From assembly GCA_965368975.1 (NCBI GenBank), contig CBDUPA010000006.1, forward strand, positions 128,001 to 192,000: a stretch of DNA of 64,000 nt. Reading direction: 5' to 3'. Source of the stretch: an uncultured bacterium (GTDB lineage Bacteria > Acidobacteriota > Thermoanaerobaculia > Multivoradales > JAHZIX01). Of this stretch, positions 19,054 through 28,894 are shown one piece after another. The notes under the pieces were generated by a model, which did no database searches, was not told where the DNA came from, and was given only the letters and a program-made list of their open reading frames with translations. The stretch's first letter is position 1; each line of letters starts with the position of its first letter. The position numbers were made by a program, and so were the translations under genes.

Positions 19054-21603
19054 TCAGGCCGCAGAGCTGCGTGCTGATCCGCGTGATTGGTCCCGAGTCC
19101 GCTTCTCATCAGCTTCCTGGCGGCCGTCGGGTCCGTAGCCGTAGTAGAGATACTTGCGGGCGCGGTAGCTGCTGCCGGTCGGACGGTGGCGGTTGAGCAC
19201 GGCACCCAGCAGGCGCACGCCCGACAGCGCCAGGCGCTGGTGCAGCGTGCGCGCGGCATCGCGCTGCAGGCGACCGGCGCGGCAGCACAGCACCATGCCG
19301 TCCACCAAGTAGCCGATCAAGGTGGCATCGGTGACCGCCAGTGTCGGAGGCGTGTCGATCAGCACGAAGTCGTACTGCTTGCGCACGTGGGCCACGAACT
19401 GACGCATGCGTTCCGACGCCAGGAGCTCGGAAGGGTTGGGAGGAATGGGGCCGGACGGGCACAGGTAGAGGTTCGGCACCTTGGTGCTGAAGAGGGCGTC
19501 GCGGGCCTCGGCCGTGCCGGTCAGGTAGTTCACCAGTCCCTTGCGGTTGGAGATGCCGAAGACCTCGTGCTGCCGTGGCTTGCGCAGGTCGGCGTCGATA
19601 ATCAGCACGTTGCGCCCGAGCTGCGCCATCACCACCGCCAGGTTGGAGACTGTGGCGGTCTTGCCCTCGCCGGCTTCGGCGGAGGTGATGGCGATGGCGC
19701 GCAGCTCGTCGGCGGTCGACAGCAGCAGCGCGGTGCGCAGCGACCGGTAGGCTTCGGCGACCGCCAAGCGCGGGCTGCTGTGTGGCAGTAGCTCGATCTG
19801 TGCCGGCAGCTCGTCTTCCTTGTCTGCCGTTCGTCGGCCTTTACGGCGCTCAGGACTCTTGGACGTCGAAGGCTGGCCGTAGCCGTAGGAATAGCCGTAG
19901 TTGTAGCCGTAGCCGCCGTCCTCGCTGTTGACGTCCGGTACCACGGTGAGGGTTGGCACGTGCAGCAAGCGTTCCAGCTCGTCTGGGTTCTTGACGGTGC
20001 GGTCCAGGTACTCGATCAGCACCGCCAGGCCGAGGCCCAGCAAGAGGCCGGCAGCCAGACCGAGCGTCAGATTCTTGCGCAGCGACGGCCGGAACGGGCC
20101 GCCGGGGACCAGTGCCGTGTCGATAATTCGCACGTTGGAGTCTCGAGTGTTCTGTAGGCGAACGGTGACGTCAGTCTCCGATTGCCGGCGCAGCAGCTCG
20201 TTGAGCAACTGGCGCCGCGTGTTGACCTCGTCTTCGAGATTGATGTACTCCAGCTCAGTGGACTTCTGGTCCAGGCTGCGTGCCTTGAGCGTCTCGATTT
20301 CCTGCTCCAGCGCCCGTTCCTGGCGCAGCGCCGCCTGGTACTCGGCGCGGGCCGTCTCGCGAGCCTTCTGAGCGTTGTCCAGGATGGTCGAGTTCAGCGA
20401 TTGACGGGCCTTCTCGATGCGTCCTTTCAGCTCGACCATCTCCGGCCATTCTTCCTTGAAGGTGTTGAGCCGGGCGTTGTAGTCCTGCTCCAGCTGGAGC
20501 ACCAGCGAACGTTGGGCGCTCACCTCGCCGCCGCTGTACTGATCGGCGACGTTCTCGGCCGGGCTGGCGACGCGTTCCTCGTACAAGGCCTGCTTCTCGA
20601 TGCGCTGCTTCTTGGCCTCGATGTAGTCTTGGTTGAGAGCGCGCAGGCGCTCGAGCGTCACGTTGGAGGCCGGATCGAGCGCGATGTCCGTACGTCGAGA
20701 CAGTGCTTGCAGTAGCTGCTCGCGCTCGGCGATCTCGCCCTTCAGCGTCTCGACCTGCTCGCCGAGAAAGGATGAGGCGCGTCCCGCCGTCTGGAAGCGC
20801 GTCTCAATGCCCATGTCGATGAAGGCTTCGGCGAAGGCGTTGGCCAGCCGCGCCGCGCGCTCGGGATCGTTGGCGCGGTAGGTCAGTTCGACCAGCTGCG
20901 TTCCCTCGATCCGGCGCACGCCCAGGCCGCCGCGAATCTGGTTGGCCACGCGCGCCATCTGTGCCCGATCCGCGGCCAGCGCATCGGTGGCCAGGGGATC
21001 GTCGTTCAGGTCGGCATCGGTGGTTTCCGTGTCGTGGAGGGCGACCGCGCCAGCGTCGTCCAAGCGCAACTGCCGGACCACCCGTTCAGCCAGGCCGCGA
21101 CTCTGCAGCAGGCGTTCCTGGGTGGGGTAGTACTCCATGTTCCACCAGTTGTCGAGCCAGGGACTGGCGTTGCCGGTCAGCGGCGACAAGCTACGCCGTT
21201 CGAGTTGCAGCAGGGCGCGCGCCTGGAAGGCCTTGGGAGTGATGAAGAACTGGACGATGCCGATGCCCAGGCACAGCAGGCAGACCAACGTCACCAGTCG
21301 CCAGTGTTGCTGCAGCTTGTGCAGATACTCCTTGATGTCGAACTCGCCCTCGCCGAAGTCTCCTGTGTCCATCATTCCCGGGGGCATCAAGGCTGGTGGC
21401 CCCATTCCAGGCGCCCCCATTCCAGAAGTAAGGGCTGGGGGGGCCTGGGCACCGAACTGCCAGCCCGGTCCGGCTCCCGGAGGCACGGCCCCCGGAGGGT
21501 AGTTGCTTGGCATCTCACCGGAGCCGACCACCTCGGCGGAACCTGCAGGGACGGCAGGAATCTGGATCGGACCCGTACCGCTAGTCGAGAAGCGTTGACT
21601 CAA
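19054..21603 (-). CDS. wzc: Wzc-type polysaccharide co-polymerase / BY-kinase
   Basis: Two TMs around a coiled-coil periplasmic domain; GEGKT, DADLRKP, IDTPP; Tyr clusters. Start uncertain. Confidence 0.93.
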   Translation of the reverse strand: MSQRFSTSGTGPIQIPAVPAGSAEVVGSGEMPSNYPPGAVPPGAGPGWQFGAQAPPALTSGMGAPGMGPPALMPPGMMDTGDFGEGEFDIKEYLHKLQQHWRLVTLVCLLCLGIGIVQFFITPKAFQARALLQLERRSLSPLTGNASPWLDNWWNMEYYPTQERLLQSRGLAERVVRQLRLDDAGAVALHDTETTDADLNDDPLATDALAADRAQMARVANQIRGGLGVRRIEGTQLVELTYRANDPERAARLANAFAEAFIDMGIETRFQTAGRASSFLGEQVETLKGEIAEREQLLQALSRRTDIALDPASNVTLERLRALNQDYIEAKKQRIEKQALYEERVASPAENVADQYSGGEVSAQRSLVLQLEQDYNARLNTFKEEWPEMVELKGRIEKARQSLNSTILDNAQKARETARAEYQAALRQERALEQEIETLKARSLDQKSTELEYINLEDEVNTRRQLLNELLRRQSETDVTVRLQNTRDSNVRIIDTALVPGGPFRPSLRKNLTLGLAAGLLLGLGLAVLIEYLDRTVKNPDELERLLHVPTLTVVPDVNSEDGGYGYNYGYSYGYGQPSTSKSPERRKGRRTADKEDELPAQIELLPHSSPRLAVAEAYRSLRTALLLSTADELRAIAITSAEAGEGKTATVSNLAVVMAQLGRNVLIIDADLRKPRQHEVFGISNRKGLVNYLTGTAEARDALFSTKVPNLYLCPSGPIPPNPSELLASERMRQFVAHVRKQYDFVLIDTPPTLAVTDATLIGYLVDGMVLCCRAGRLQRDAARTLHQRLALSGVRLLGAVLNRHRPTGSSYRARKYLYYGYGPDGRQEADEKRTRDQSRGSARSSAA

Positions 21604-22493
21604 AAGAACGACTCCTTGACGATCACCACATCTCCGTCGCGGAGTTTGAAGTCCTGACGCTTGCCAGAGATGATGTCCTTGTAGTCGAGTTGGATTTCTT
21701 CGTCCGTACCGTCCGTGCGTGCCCGCTTCACCGTTACCTTGGAGGAGGCGCGATCACTCAGGCCGCCGGCACGCGCGATGGCGGCCAGCAAGGTCAGGCG
21801 CTCGTTGCTCTTGAACTCCATGGCACCGGGACTCTCTACCTCGCCCAGGCAATAGACGATATAAGTGGCGGTCGCCGGGACGTTGATCAGGTCGTTGGCG
21901 AAGATCGGGATGTTGAAGTTGGGATCAGCGTGCACCAACAAGGCGTCGACCGGGATCTCGATCTGATCCGAAAGTCCGTTGTCCGAGCGGCGTAGCACGT
22001 AGAGCACCGGGCCGTGGTTCTCGGCCAGGCCGCCGGCGGCGGTGAGTGCTTCGATCAGGGTCCAGCGTCCGGGAAAGGCGAGATCGCCCGGCTGCTGGAC
22101 GGCACCGATCACCGAGATCGGGCTGGAGCGGAACTCCCGTACCTGGACGGACACGGTGGCGCGCTGGAAGTAGCGCTCCTCGAGAATCTCTTTCAGCCGC
22201 AGCCGTAGCTGGTCCGCGGTCAGGCCCTGGGCGCGCAGCTCGCCGACCGGCGCGAAGTTGATGTTGCCGTCCTCGTCGACACGCAACTCGCCGTTCAGGT
22301 CCGGCACCTCGAAGACCCGGATTTCGAGCAGATCCTTGGGGCCGATGCGGTAAGTGGCGCCTATGTTGGCCGCCACGGGGATCTGAGCCTTCAGTGCTGG
22401 CAGGACCAGCAGGGCCAGCGCACAGAGCGACAGCGCTGTTGTCAGTGCTGCCGTCAAGCTCCGGGATTGCGCAGAAGGTCTCGTCATGGCCAA
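21600..22493 (-). CDS. wza: Short OPX/Wza polysaccharide export protein (Poly_export + SLBB)
   Basis: YRIGPKDLL.I.V, two SLBB repeats, ends GDVVIVKESFF. Confidence 0.9.
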   Translation of the reverse strand: MAMTRPSAQSRSLTAALTTALSLCALALLVLPALKAQIPVAANIGATYRIGPKDLLEIRVFEVPDLNGELRVDEDGNINFAPVGELRAQGLTADQLRLRLKEILEERYFQRATVSVQVREFRSSPISVIGAVQQPGDLAFPGRWTLIEALTAAGGLAENHGPVLYVLRRSDNGLSDQIEIPVDALLVHADPNFNIPIFANDLINVPATATYIVYCLGEVESPGAMEFKSNERLTLLAAIARAGGLSDRASSKVTVKRARTDGTDEEIQLDYKDIISGKRQDFKLRDGDVVIVKESFF

Positions 22494-23797
22494 TCCACTC
22501 CACCGAGTTTCAAGGAGATGCCGGTGATGATGCGAGTCACCGATCGGTCCAGGCCGGGAAGGTTCGAGTCGTACTCACTTTCCGTGGCTCCCAGGCGCAG
22601 TGTCAGGGAGTCGGTGAGCTCGAGCTGAGCCACGGCACCAAACGACATCGTATCGTCTTGGCGGGCGGCAACGCCAATGCGGCCCAGTTTGGCCGTGTAG
22701 TCGTGCCGTCCTTCCTCGATGTAGAGCTGCAGGTTCGACGAGCTGCCGAAGGTGAAGACCAGGCTGACGCCGGTATTCTCGCGGGTGAAGTACGCGTAGT
22801 CGTTGGCTGCCGAGTAGGACGGGGAGCGTTCACCGTAGACGGCCAGTTGCAGCCGCGGGCGCAGCTGGTAGTTGATGCGCAGGACACCTTCCAGCTCGTC
22901 CTGGTAGGGCGTGAAGCGGGATCCGATGCCGTCCGGGTCGAGGGAGCGCAGCACGGCGTCGAGCCGCACTTGCAGCCGCGCACCTTCGTAGCTGGCGTCC
23001 AGGAAAGGGGAGCTGCCCTCGTTCGACAGGCTGTTGGTGGGATCGCGGAACTCAGTTTCCACGCGTTCGACACCGGCGCCGATGCGCAGCTGGTCGGACA
23101 CATGCCAGCGTAGGCCGGTGCGGAAGACGTCCTCGTCCCTATCCAGCACGTCGAGGGATGCGACGCGCTCGTCCAACTGGTCGACCAGGTTGCGGTAGCT
23201 GCTGAACGAGATACCAGTGAACAACCAGAGGTTGCGGGTCAAGCCGACTTCGACCAGGCCTTGTTGGTTTTCGCGCCGCGACGTGATCTGTTGCAAGACC
23301 TCCGGTGTGACGAAATTCTGGCTCTCCTCCCAGTCGCCCACCAGCTCCAGCACGAAGCGGTTGAAGTGGCCGTAGTACCCCGCGCCGTAGCGTCCGTTCC
23401 AGCGTCGGTTGCGCTCCAGGTCCTGCCACCAGACGTACTCCGGGAGCGCGTGCGCGGCCAGTATCGACTTGCTGCCGAGTGGCAGGAAGCCGCGCAGGCC
23501 GGCGCTGATGGTGAGCGTGAAATCACTCACCGCCTCGTCGTCGCGGGTGCCGAACACGTTGTCGACATAGCTGGCGTCGCGGATCTCTAGCGACGGTGAC
23601 AGGCGGAAAGCGCCCAACTCCCAGGGGGCCTTCCGTACTGCTTCCTGCAAGCGCTCGCGGCGCTCCTCGGGCGTCTGAGCGAGACTGCCGGGGGGCGTAT
23701 ACTGCTGCAACTGAGCACGGACCTCGCCGCTGGCCCACAAGCAACAGAACAGGCCCAGCAGGAGAACGCCGTGCCGTTGGATAAAGTTCACTTTCAT
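22484..23797 (-). CDS. Outer-membrane beta-barrel protein associated with polysaccharide export
   Basis: Signal peptide, YVDNVF motif, alternating beta-strand pattern; directly upstream of wza. Confidence 0.75.
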   Translation of the reverse strand: MKVNFIQRHGVLLLGLFCCLWASGEVRAQLQQYTPPGSLAQTPEERRERLQEAVRKAPWELGAFRLSPSLEIRDASYVDNVFGTRDDEAVSDFTLTISAGLRGFLPLGSKSILAAHALPEYVWWQDLERNRRWNGRYGAGYYGHFNRFVLELVGDWEESQNFVTPEVLQQITSRRENQQGLVEVGLTRNLWLFTGISFSSYRNLVDQLDERVASLDVLDRDEDVFRTGLRWHVSDQLRIGAGVERVETEFRDPTNSLSNEGSSPFLDASYEGARLQVRLDAVLRSLDPDGIGSRFTPYQDELEGVLRINYQLRPRLQLAVYGERSPSYSAANDYAYFTRENTGVSLVFTFGSSSNLQLYIEEGRHDYTAKLGRIGVAARQDDTMSFGAVAQLELTDSLTLRLGATESEYDSNLPGLDRSVTRIITGISLKLGGVDWP

Positions 23798-25349
23798 GAG
23801 TCGTAAGCTATCACGATCGTCACGCGGCAGAGGTTTGTCGCGGTCCCGCAGGCCGCGCACTACGGGTGTTTTCCGCGTCCTCGGCTTGTGGTCAATCCGG
23901 GTCTGGCCCCCTGAGCGGTATCGCCGGCATGCGGTCTTGTTGGCCGCGGTCCTGGCCTTGATGGTTGTGGGGTTCGCTGTTCCCTTCGGCGGTGTCCTAC
24001 GTGGGGCGTTGGTGGTGGCGCAGCTCCTCGCCTTCGTGACCGCCGCCTGGGTGCTGCTGGCGGCGCGCCGCCTCGCACACCTGCGGCCGGTGGCCTGGCC
24101 TGTCGCTGCACTGCTCGCCTTGGCTTTGTTCGGTTTCCTACAGACCCTACCGTTGCCGGGAGCGGTGGTCGAACTCCTATCCCCACGGCACGCTGAACTC
24201 TATGCCGAGGTGGGGCTCGATGCTCCCGGCATGGGCGCCAGGAACATGGACGCCAGGAGCAGCTTGGACGGTGGCCCCTGGCCGACGCTCTCCGTCTCGC
24301 CGCGGGCCAGCCGAACGACAGCCCTCCATATCCTGGCGCTGGCCGCGCTGATGCTGGCGGCAGGCTGGGTCGGACGGCACAGTTCGCATCGACGACTGCT
24401 GGTGCTGGCGTTGGCGGCGTCGGCACTGTTCCAGGTCTTCTACGGCGCTCGAGCCTGGCTGGTGCGCTCCGATCACATCCTGGGCGTCGAGGTTCTCGGC
24501 GATGCGAGTCGTCTGCGCGGCACCTTCGTCAACTCGGACCATCTTGCCCTGTACCTGGAAATCGCTCTGCCGGTCTTGCTGGCGGTCACCTTCTGGGGTT
24601 GGCGGCAATGGCATCGGCAGGAGAACCTGGAACGACGTGTGGCGCAGGTTGCGGTGCCTGCACTGGTGTGGGTTGTGCTGTTCGTCGGTCTCGCCTTCAG
24701 TGGTTCGCGTGCCGGTCTGCTGGCGGCGGCCGCTGGCTTCGTGGTGCAAGTCGTGCTGTTCGTCATCGGCTGGGGTCGACGCCGGGGTGTCAAAGGCTTG
24801 ATGCTAGGAGCCTTTGTCGGGCTGGCGGGAATCCTGGCCGTTCTGGCGACGGGCGCGCGCGAAGGCTTCGGCCGTTTGCTCGGTACCTCGACCTACGAGG
24901 TGACCTGGAATGCCCGACTCGACACCTACCGAGCCTCCTGGGAACTCTGGCAGCAATTCCCTCTCACGGGTACGGGACTTGGTACCTTCAGGGAGGCGTT
25001 CCCGCTGGTCCAGCCGAGATCCTTGCCTGGCTGGTGGTGGCACGCGCACAGTGATGTGCTGGAACTCCTGGTCACTGGCGGTCTGGTGGCCGTGCTGCTG
25101 GCCGGTGTCGGGCTCTTGGCGCTAGTGCTGCGTCTGCTGCAGGTCCTACGCTGGGGAGGCCGCAGTGAAGAACGCGCCGCTGCCGTCGCGGCCTTGGGCG
25201 CCCTCACCTCGGTGCTGCTGCACGAAGCGGTGGATTTTGGTCTCACCATGCCAGCCAACGCGTTCACCCTGGGCGTTCTGTGCGCGGCTGCGGCGGCCGT
25301 CCGTCTGCCGGGGGACGCAGGGGAGAGATCTCCTGACGCGGCTTACTGA
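23796..25349 (+). CDS. O-antigen ligase-family membrane protein
   Basis: GTFVNSDH, SGSRAG, GTGLGTF, HAHSD motifs. True start is probably downstream because ATG 23796 collides with the divergent gene start. Confidence 0.85.
   Translation: MSRKLSRSSRGRGLSRSRRPRTTGVFRVLGLWSIRVWPPERYRRHAVLLAAVLALMVVGFAVPFGGVLRGALVVAQLLAFVTAAWVLLAARRLAHLRPVAWPVAALLALALFGFLQTLPLPGAVVELLSPRHAELYAEVGLDAPGMGARNMDARSSLDGGPWPTLSVSPRASRTTALHILALAALMLAAGWVGRHSSHRRLLVLALAASALFQVFYGARAWLVRSDHILGVEVLGDASRLRGTFVNSDHLALYLEIALPVLLAVTFWGWRQWHRQENLERRVAQVAVPALVWVVLFVGLAFSGSRAGLLAAAAGFVVQVVLFVIGWGRRRGVKGLMLGAFVGLAGILAVLATGAREGFGRLLGTSTYEVTWNARLDTYRASWELWQQFPLTGTGLGTFREAFPLVQPRSLPGWWWHAHSDVLELLVTGGLVAVLLAGVGLLALVLRLLQVLRWGGRSEERAAAVAALGALTSVLLHEAVDFGLTMPANAFTLGVLCAAAAAVRLPGDAGERSPDAAY
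23805..23813 (-). promoter_or_regulatory. Extended -10 (TGaTAGCTT) 7 nt before the beta-barrel ATG; candidate leaderless promoter of the operon
   Basis: Minus strand reads TGATAGCTTacgactcATG. Confidence 0.5.
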
Positions 25350-26965
25350 AGCTGCAGTGTGCCCGGCTGCCAGCCGCCGCCGGCCAGTCGCTCCAACTCC
25401 AGCACATGCGTCTCGGACGCCGCCAACGGCGCGGGCAACTGCAGGCGCACCTGCCGTCCGGAACGGGCAATGACAGTGTCGAGGATGTAGCCATCCAGGC
25501 GCACCTCGATCACCGCGCCCACCGGGCTGACGGTGCCGAAGCTGAGCGTCAGGCTGCGAGCCTGATCGCGAGTCTGATGGGTGGCCGGTTGCTGATCCTG
25601 CCAGGCGAGCGAGAACACTTCCCCTTCTTGACGCCATGCCTCGGCGGGCCATCGATCGCGATCGAACCTCGCGAGTTGTTGCTGTACGGTGGCGAGCCGG
25701 TCGGCGTCGTCCGCCGCGCGCGCCCAGCGTTCTTCCGCTTTCAGGTACGCCAGCCGCGACCGCCAGCTGTCGGCGACACGGTCGAGTGCCGCGCGGGCCA
25801 ACCCTGGCTGGTTGCGCGCCAGCAGGAGATTCGCCTTGGCGATCAAGTAGGGGGCCCAAGGTGTGGTCCAGAGTTCGGCGCCCGCGTGACCTTCCAGCTG
25901 CTCGGCGACCGCCAGTTCGCCGCCCACGGCCATTGCCAGTGCCGCGCGGTCCGGCGGTAGGTCGTGGGTCAACCCAGCCATGCGCAGGACAACGGCCGGA
26001 GCCACCGGCAGTGGCCGCAACAATGCCAGGCGCAGCAAGCGGTCGAGCGGGTCCACCAGGGCCGGCACCCGGTTGGCGCCGGCCGGGCTGCGCGTGATCG
26101 CCTGCTCCAGCCGCTCGTCGTCGCGCGGGCTCGCCGGTCGCAGCTGGATGGCCACGTTGAGGAACTGGCCCCGCGCGCGCCGCAGGTCGCCGCCCGCGCG
26201 TCGTTCCTCGGCTTGCTCGAGCTGCGCGTCGAGGAAGCGGCTCAGGGCGTCGAGGTAGTGCCTGTGGGCGTCCAGGTAAGCGGTCCACTGGTGATCGGCA
26301 GCGTAGATTTCTTGGATGCGCTGCCAGTTCTCCGGTCGGTCCGGAATCACCTCGAAGGCCTCTCGGCGACTGGCCGCTCGCTCCAGCCAGGCGGGAATCA
26401 GGGCATCGAAGAGCGCGGGTTCGAGCAAGGTCCGGTGGAGGATCTCCCGTGCATGCTGACGCCGGTCGGCCGCCAGCATCGGCCACAGCTCGAGGTAAGC
26501 GGAAGCGAGGAAGCGCGTTGGCTCCAAGGTGCCGGGTGCCAGCTCGATGCTGCGCTCCAGGGGTTTCTGCCAAGCTTGTGACTGCAGGATCAACCGCTCG
26601 TCACGGCGTAGCGTCCATTCGAGGTAGGTGCTGGCGCCGAGGGCCCAGTGCACCTCCCAGGCGCCCGGCAGACGCGGCGCGAGATCCTCGGCCAGCTGGT
26701 GAGCTCTCTCTAACTGCTGGCTGTATTGCTCGGCGTCGGCGGTCCGGTGCAGGATCAGCTGCCGCAACAGGCGCACTCGAGCCCGCGTGCTGTCGCGCTC
26801 CCGGTACAGCTGCTGCCGCTCACTCGCCCCGACCTCCAGTGCCTCGGCTTCCGCCACCACCTGAGCGCGGTTGGTGACGTAGGCCTGCCATTGAAAGACC
26901 GCCAGCAGAGCCCCCACGGCCGCGAGGGCGACGAGGACGAGGCGGGTGGGCCGAGCGTCGTGCAT
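25343..26965 (-). CDS. Hypothetical membrane-anchored helical-repeat (TPR-like) protein
   Basis: N-terminal TM, long helical body, small beta-rich C-terminus; TACTAT -10 box 9 nt before ATG 26965. Confidence 0.65.
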   Translation of the reverse strand: MHDARPTRLVLVALAAVGALLAVFQWQAYVTNRAQVVAEAEALEVGASERQQLYRERDSTRARVRLLRQLILHRTADAEQYSQQLERAHQLAEDLAPRLPGAWEVHWALGASTYLEWTLRRDERLILQSQAWQKPLERSIELAPGTLEPTRFLASAYLELWPMLAADRRQHAREILHRTLLEPALFDALIPAWLERAASRREAFEVIPDRPENWQRIQEIYAADHQWTAYLDAHRHYLDALSRFLDAQLEQAEERRAGGDLRRARGQFLNVAIQLRPASPRDDERLEQAITRSPAGANRVPALVDPLDRLLRLALLRPLPVAPAVVLRMAGLTHDLPPDRAALAMAVGGELAVAEQLEGHAGAELWTTPWAPYLIAKANLLLARNQPGLARAALDRVADSWRSRLAYLKAEERWARAADDADRLATVQQQLARFDRDRWPAEAWRQEGEVFSLAWQDQQPATHQTRDQARSLTLSFGTVSPVGAVIEVRLDGYILDTVIARSGRQVRLQLPAPLAASETHVLELERLAGGGWQPGTLQLQ

Positions 26966-27004
26966 GGTGTCGGTATAGTAGCTCAACGAAACCTCGATCC
27001 CGCC

Positions 27005-27427
27005 ATGCCGCCCATCCCCACTCCCGCAGCCAGCCGCAAGACCCAGCAAGCCGCCACCTCGGGCTCGCTGCGCGGTGCCGTCCTGTGGGCGCTGCTGATC
27101 TTCGTCCTGCTGTCGATCCCGACCGGCCTGGTCGTGCCGTCTGGTTCCGGGCGCTTGCTCGACTTCCTGCCCGACCTCGTCGCGGACACGATCCGCCTGC
27201 TCGCCGACAAAGCTGTTCACGCAGTGCTATTTGCCGGGCAGGCTCTGTGGCTGCGCCGTGCCGGCTGGACGGCCGGACGCGCGGTGCTGTGGAGCGCTGC
27301 CTACGGCGCCGCGACCGAGCTCTACCAGGCACTGTTGCCGTTCCGTTCCGGGGACGTCTACGACCTGCTGGCGGACATCCTCGGCGCGCTGCTGGCGGTC
27401 TGGTGGTGGCGCCGGCGCGACCGTTGA
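27005..27427 (+). CDS. VanZ-family membrane protein
   Basis: DKAVHA.LF...YGAATELYQ..LPFRS.DVYDLLAD..G. Confidence 0.88.
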   Translation: MPPIPTPAASRKTQQAATSGSLRGAVLWALLIFVLLSIPTGLVVPSGSGRLLDFLPDLVADTIRLLADKAVHAVLFAGQALWLRRAGWTAGRAVLWSAAYGAATELYQALLPFRSGDVYDLLADILGALLAVWWWRRRDR

Positions 27428-27508
27428 GCTGATACACTGCCAACGTTCTCCAGACACAAGCCGCTCAGAGCAGCGAACCCAGGACGCATTTTCGGAATCT
27501 CCAGAACC

Positions 27509-28894
27509 GTGAGCCCTTCCAAGAAAAGCCCTTCCAAGAGCAAGTCCCGTCGGGCGCGCGATCGCGCCATCGCGATCAACGCCGCGCAGGTCGCCGAGTG
27601 GTGTCTCTGGCTGCTTCTTCTGCTGCTCTGGATCGTCCATGATCGCCAGCTCAAGGACGCCTTCCGACTGCCCAAGCTGCAACTGGCGGAGACACTGACC
27701 CTGGTATCACTGGTCCTGCTGGCCTGGCACCTGCGGTGCGCCGGCCGGATCGAGTGGCGTCAGTTGCGCGGCGTGCCGGTCTTGCGGGCCACCCTGCCTC
27801 TGTTCGCCGCCGCCTTGCTCAGCGCTGCCGCATCCGACTACCCGGTGCACACGATGACCGCCTTGGCGTCCCTGGCCATCGCCCTCGCCGCGCTCGTTGC
27901 CTGGAGCCTAGGCTTGCCGCGTCCGCGCCTGGAGCAGTTGGTACACGGCCTCATCTGGCCGGCTGTCGGCCTGGCGCTCGTCGCCATCCTGCAGTTCCAC
28001 GACCTCTGGCGCCCCTTCGACTTTGCCGGCAATGTCGAGCAGGAGCGCCTGGGCGTCACGTCCTTCGCCGGCAGTGCGGGTGACCTGGCGATGTTCCTAC
28101 TGTTGCCCTGCCTGGTGGTACAGGAACGCCTGTTCCGTCTCTGGGGTGGTCGTCGAGGGGGCAAGCACAGTAGCGCGCTGGTGCTGTGGGCCGTTGCGCT
28201 GCTCCTGTGCGTCTATGGCCTGGCGGTGAGCGGCACCGTCTCCGCGCTCGGTGTGCTCGGTGTTGCCAGCTTCGCCCTCTGGTGGTGGCTGCTGCCGCGG
28301 CGGTTGGCGGTGCCCCTGCTCGGTGGTTTGGCCGTCGCGGGCGTGGCCGTCCTGCTCGTGGCGGCACCGCTGCGCGAGCGCGTCGTCCCCAAGGTGCAAC
28401 AGCTGGTGCGCGGTGACGTCGACGACGCTCTCACCGGCCGCCTGGATGGCTGGAAGGCCGCCGGCTGGATGCTGCGCGAGAACCCCCTGCTCGGCGTCGG
28501 TCACGGCGCCTTCCGTCCCGAGTTCGCCGACGCCAAGCTGGCATTGACCGAGCGGGGCGTCGAGTTCTACCGCGGCCAGAACTTCGTCGTCTTCGCCAAC
28601 GCCCACAACGAGTACCTGGAAGTGGCCGCCGAATGGGGTCTGTTCGGCGTCGCGGCCCTGCTGTGGGCGTTGTGGCAACTCTTGCAGCGCCTGCGCTCGC
28701 TGGCCGGTGCCCGGGGTGGTGCTGCCGAGCGTGAACACCGACTCTCGCCCGAAGCCGCCCTCGCCTGCGCCGGCACGCTGGCTCTGGCCCTCATCGCCAC
28801 CGTCCAGTTCCCCTTCCGGCTCGCCCTCACCGGCTACGCCGCCGTCCTGTGGCTGGCCTGGATCTTCGCCCCGACCGACGAGGAGGCTGCGTGA
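27509..28894 (+). CDS. O-antigen ligase-family membrane protein
   Basis: Many TMs; TGRL..W, LLGVGHGAF, NAHNEYLEVAAEWG. Confidence 0.87.
   Translation: MSPSKKSPSKSKSRRARDRAIAINAAQVAEWCLWLLLLLLWIVHDRQLKDAFRLPKLQLAETLTLVSLVLLAWHLRCAGRIEWRQLRGVPVLRATLPLFAAALLSAAASDYPVHTMTALASLAIALAALVAWSLGLPRPRLEQLVHGLIWPAVGLALVAILQFHDLWRPFDFAGNVEQERLGVTSFAGSAGDLAMFLLLPCLVVQERLFRLWGGRRGGKHSSALVLWAVALLLCVYGLAVSGTVSALGVLGVASFALWWWLLPRRLAVPLLGGLAVAGVAVLLVAAPLRERVVPKVQQLVRGDVDDALTGRLDGWKAAGWMLRENPLLGVGHGAFRPEFADAKLALTERGVEFYRGQNFVVFANAHNEYLEVAAEWGLFGVAALLWALWQLLQRLRSLAGARGGAAEREHRLSPEAALACAGTLALALIATVQFPFRLALTGYAAVLWLAWIFAPTDEEAA

Noticed and set aside
23795-23798. Two divergent genes sharing overlapping ATGs in a TCATGA palindrome
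   Set aside because: The plus-strand N-terminus is Arg/Ser-rich without an RBS and overlies the minus-strand promoter; a later start is more plausible.
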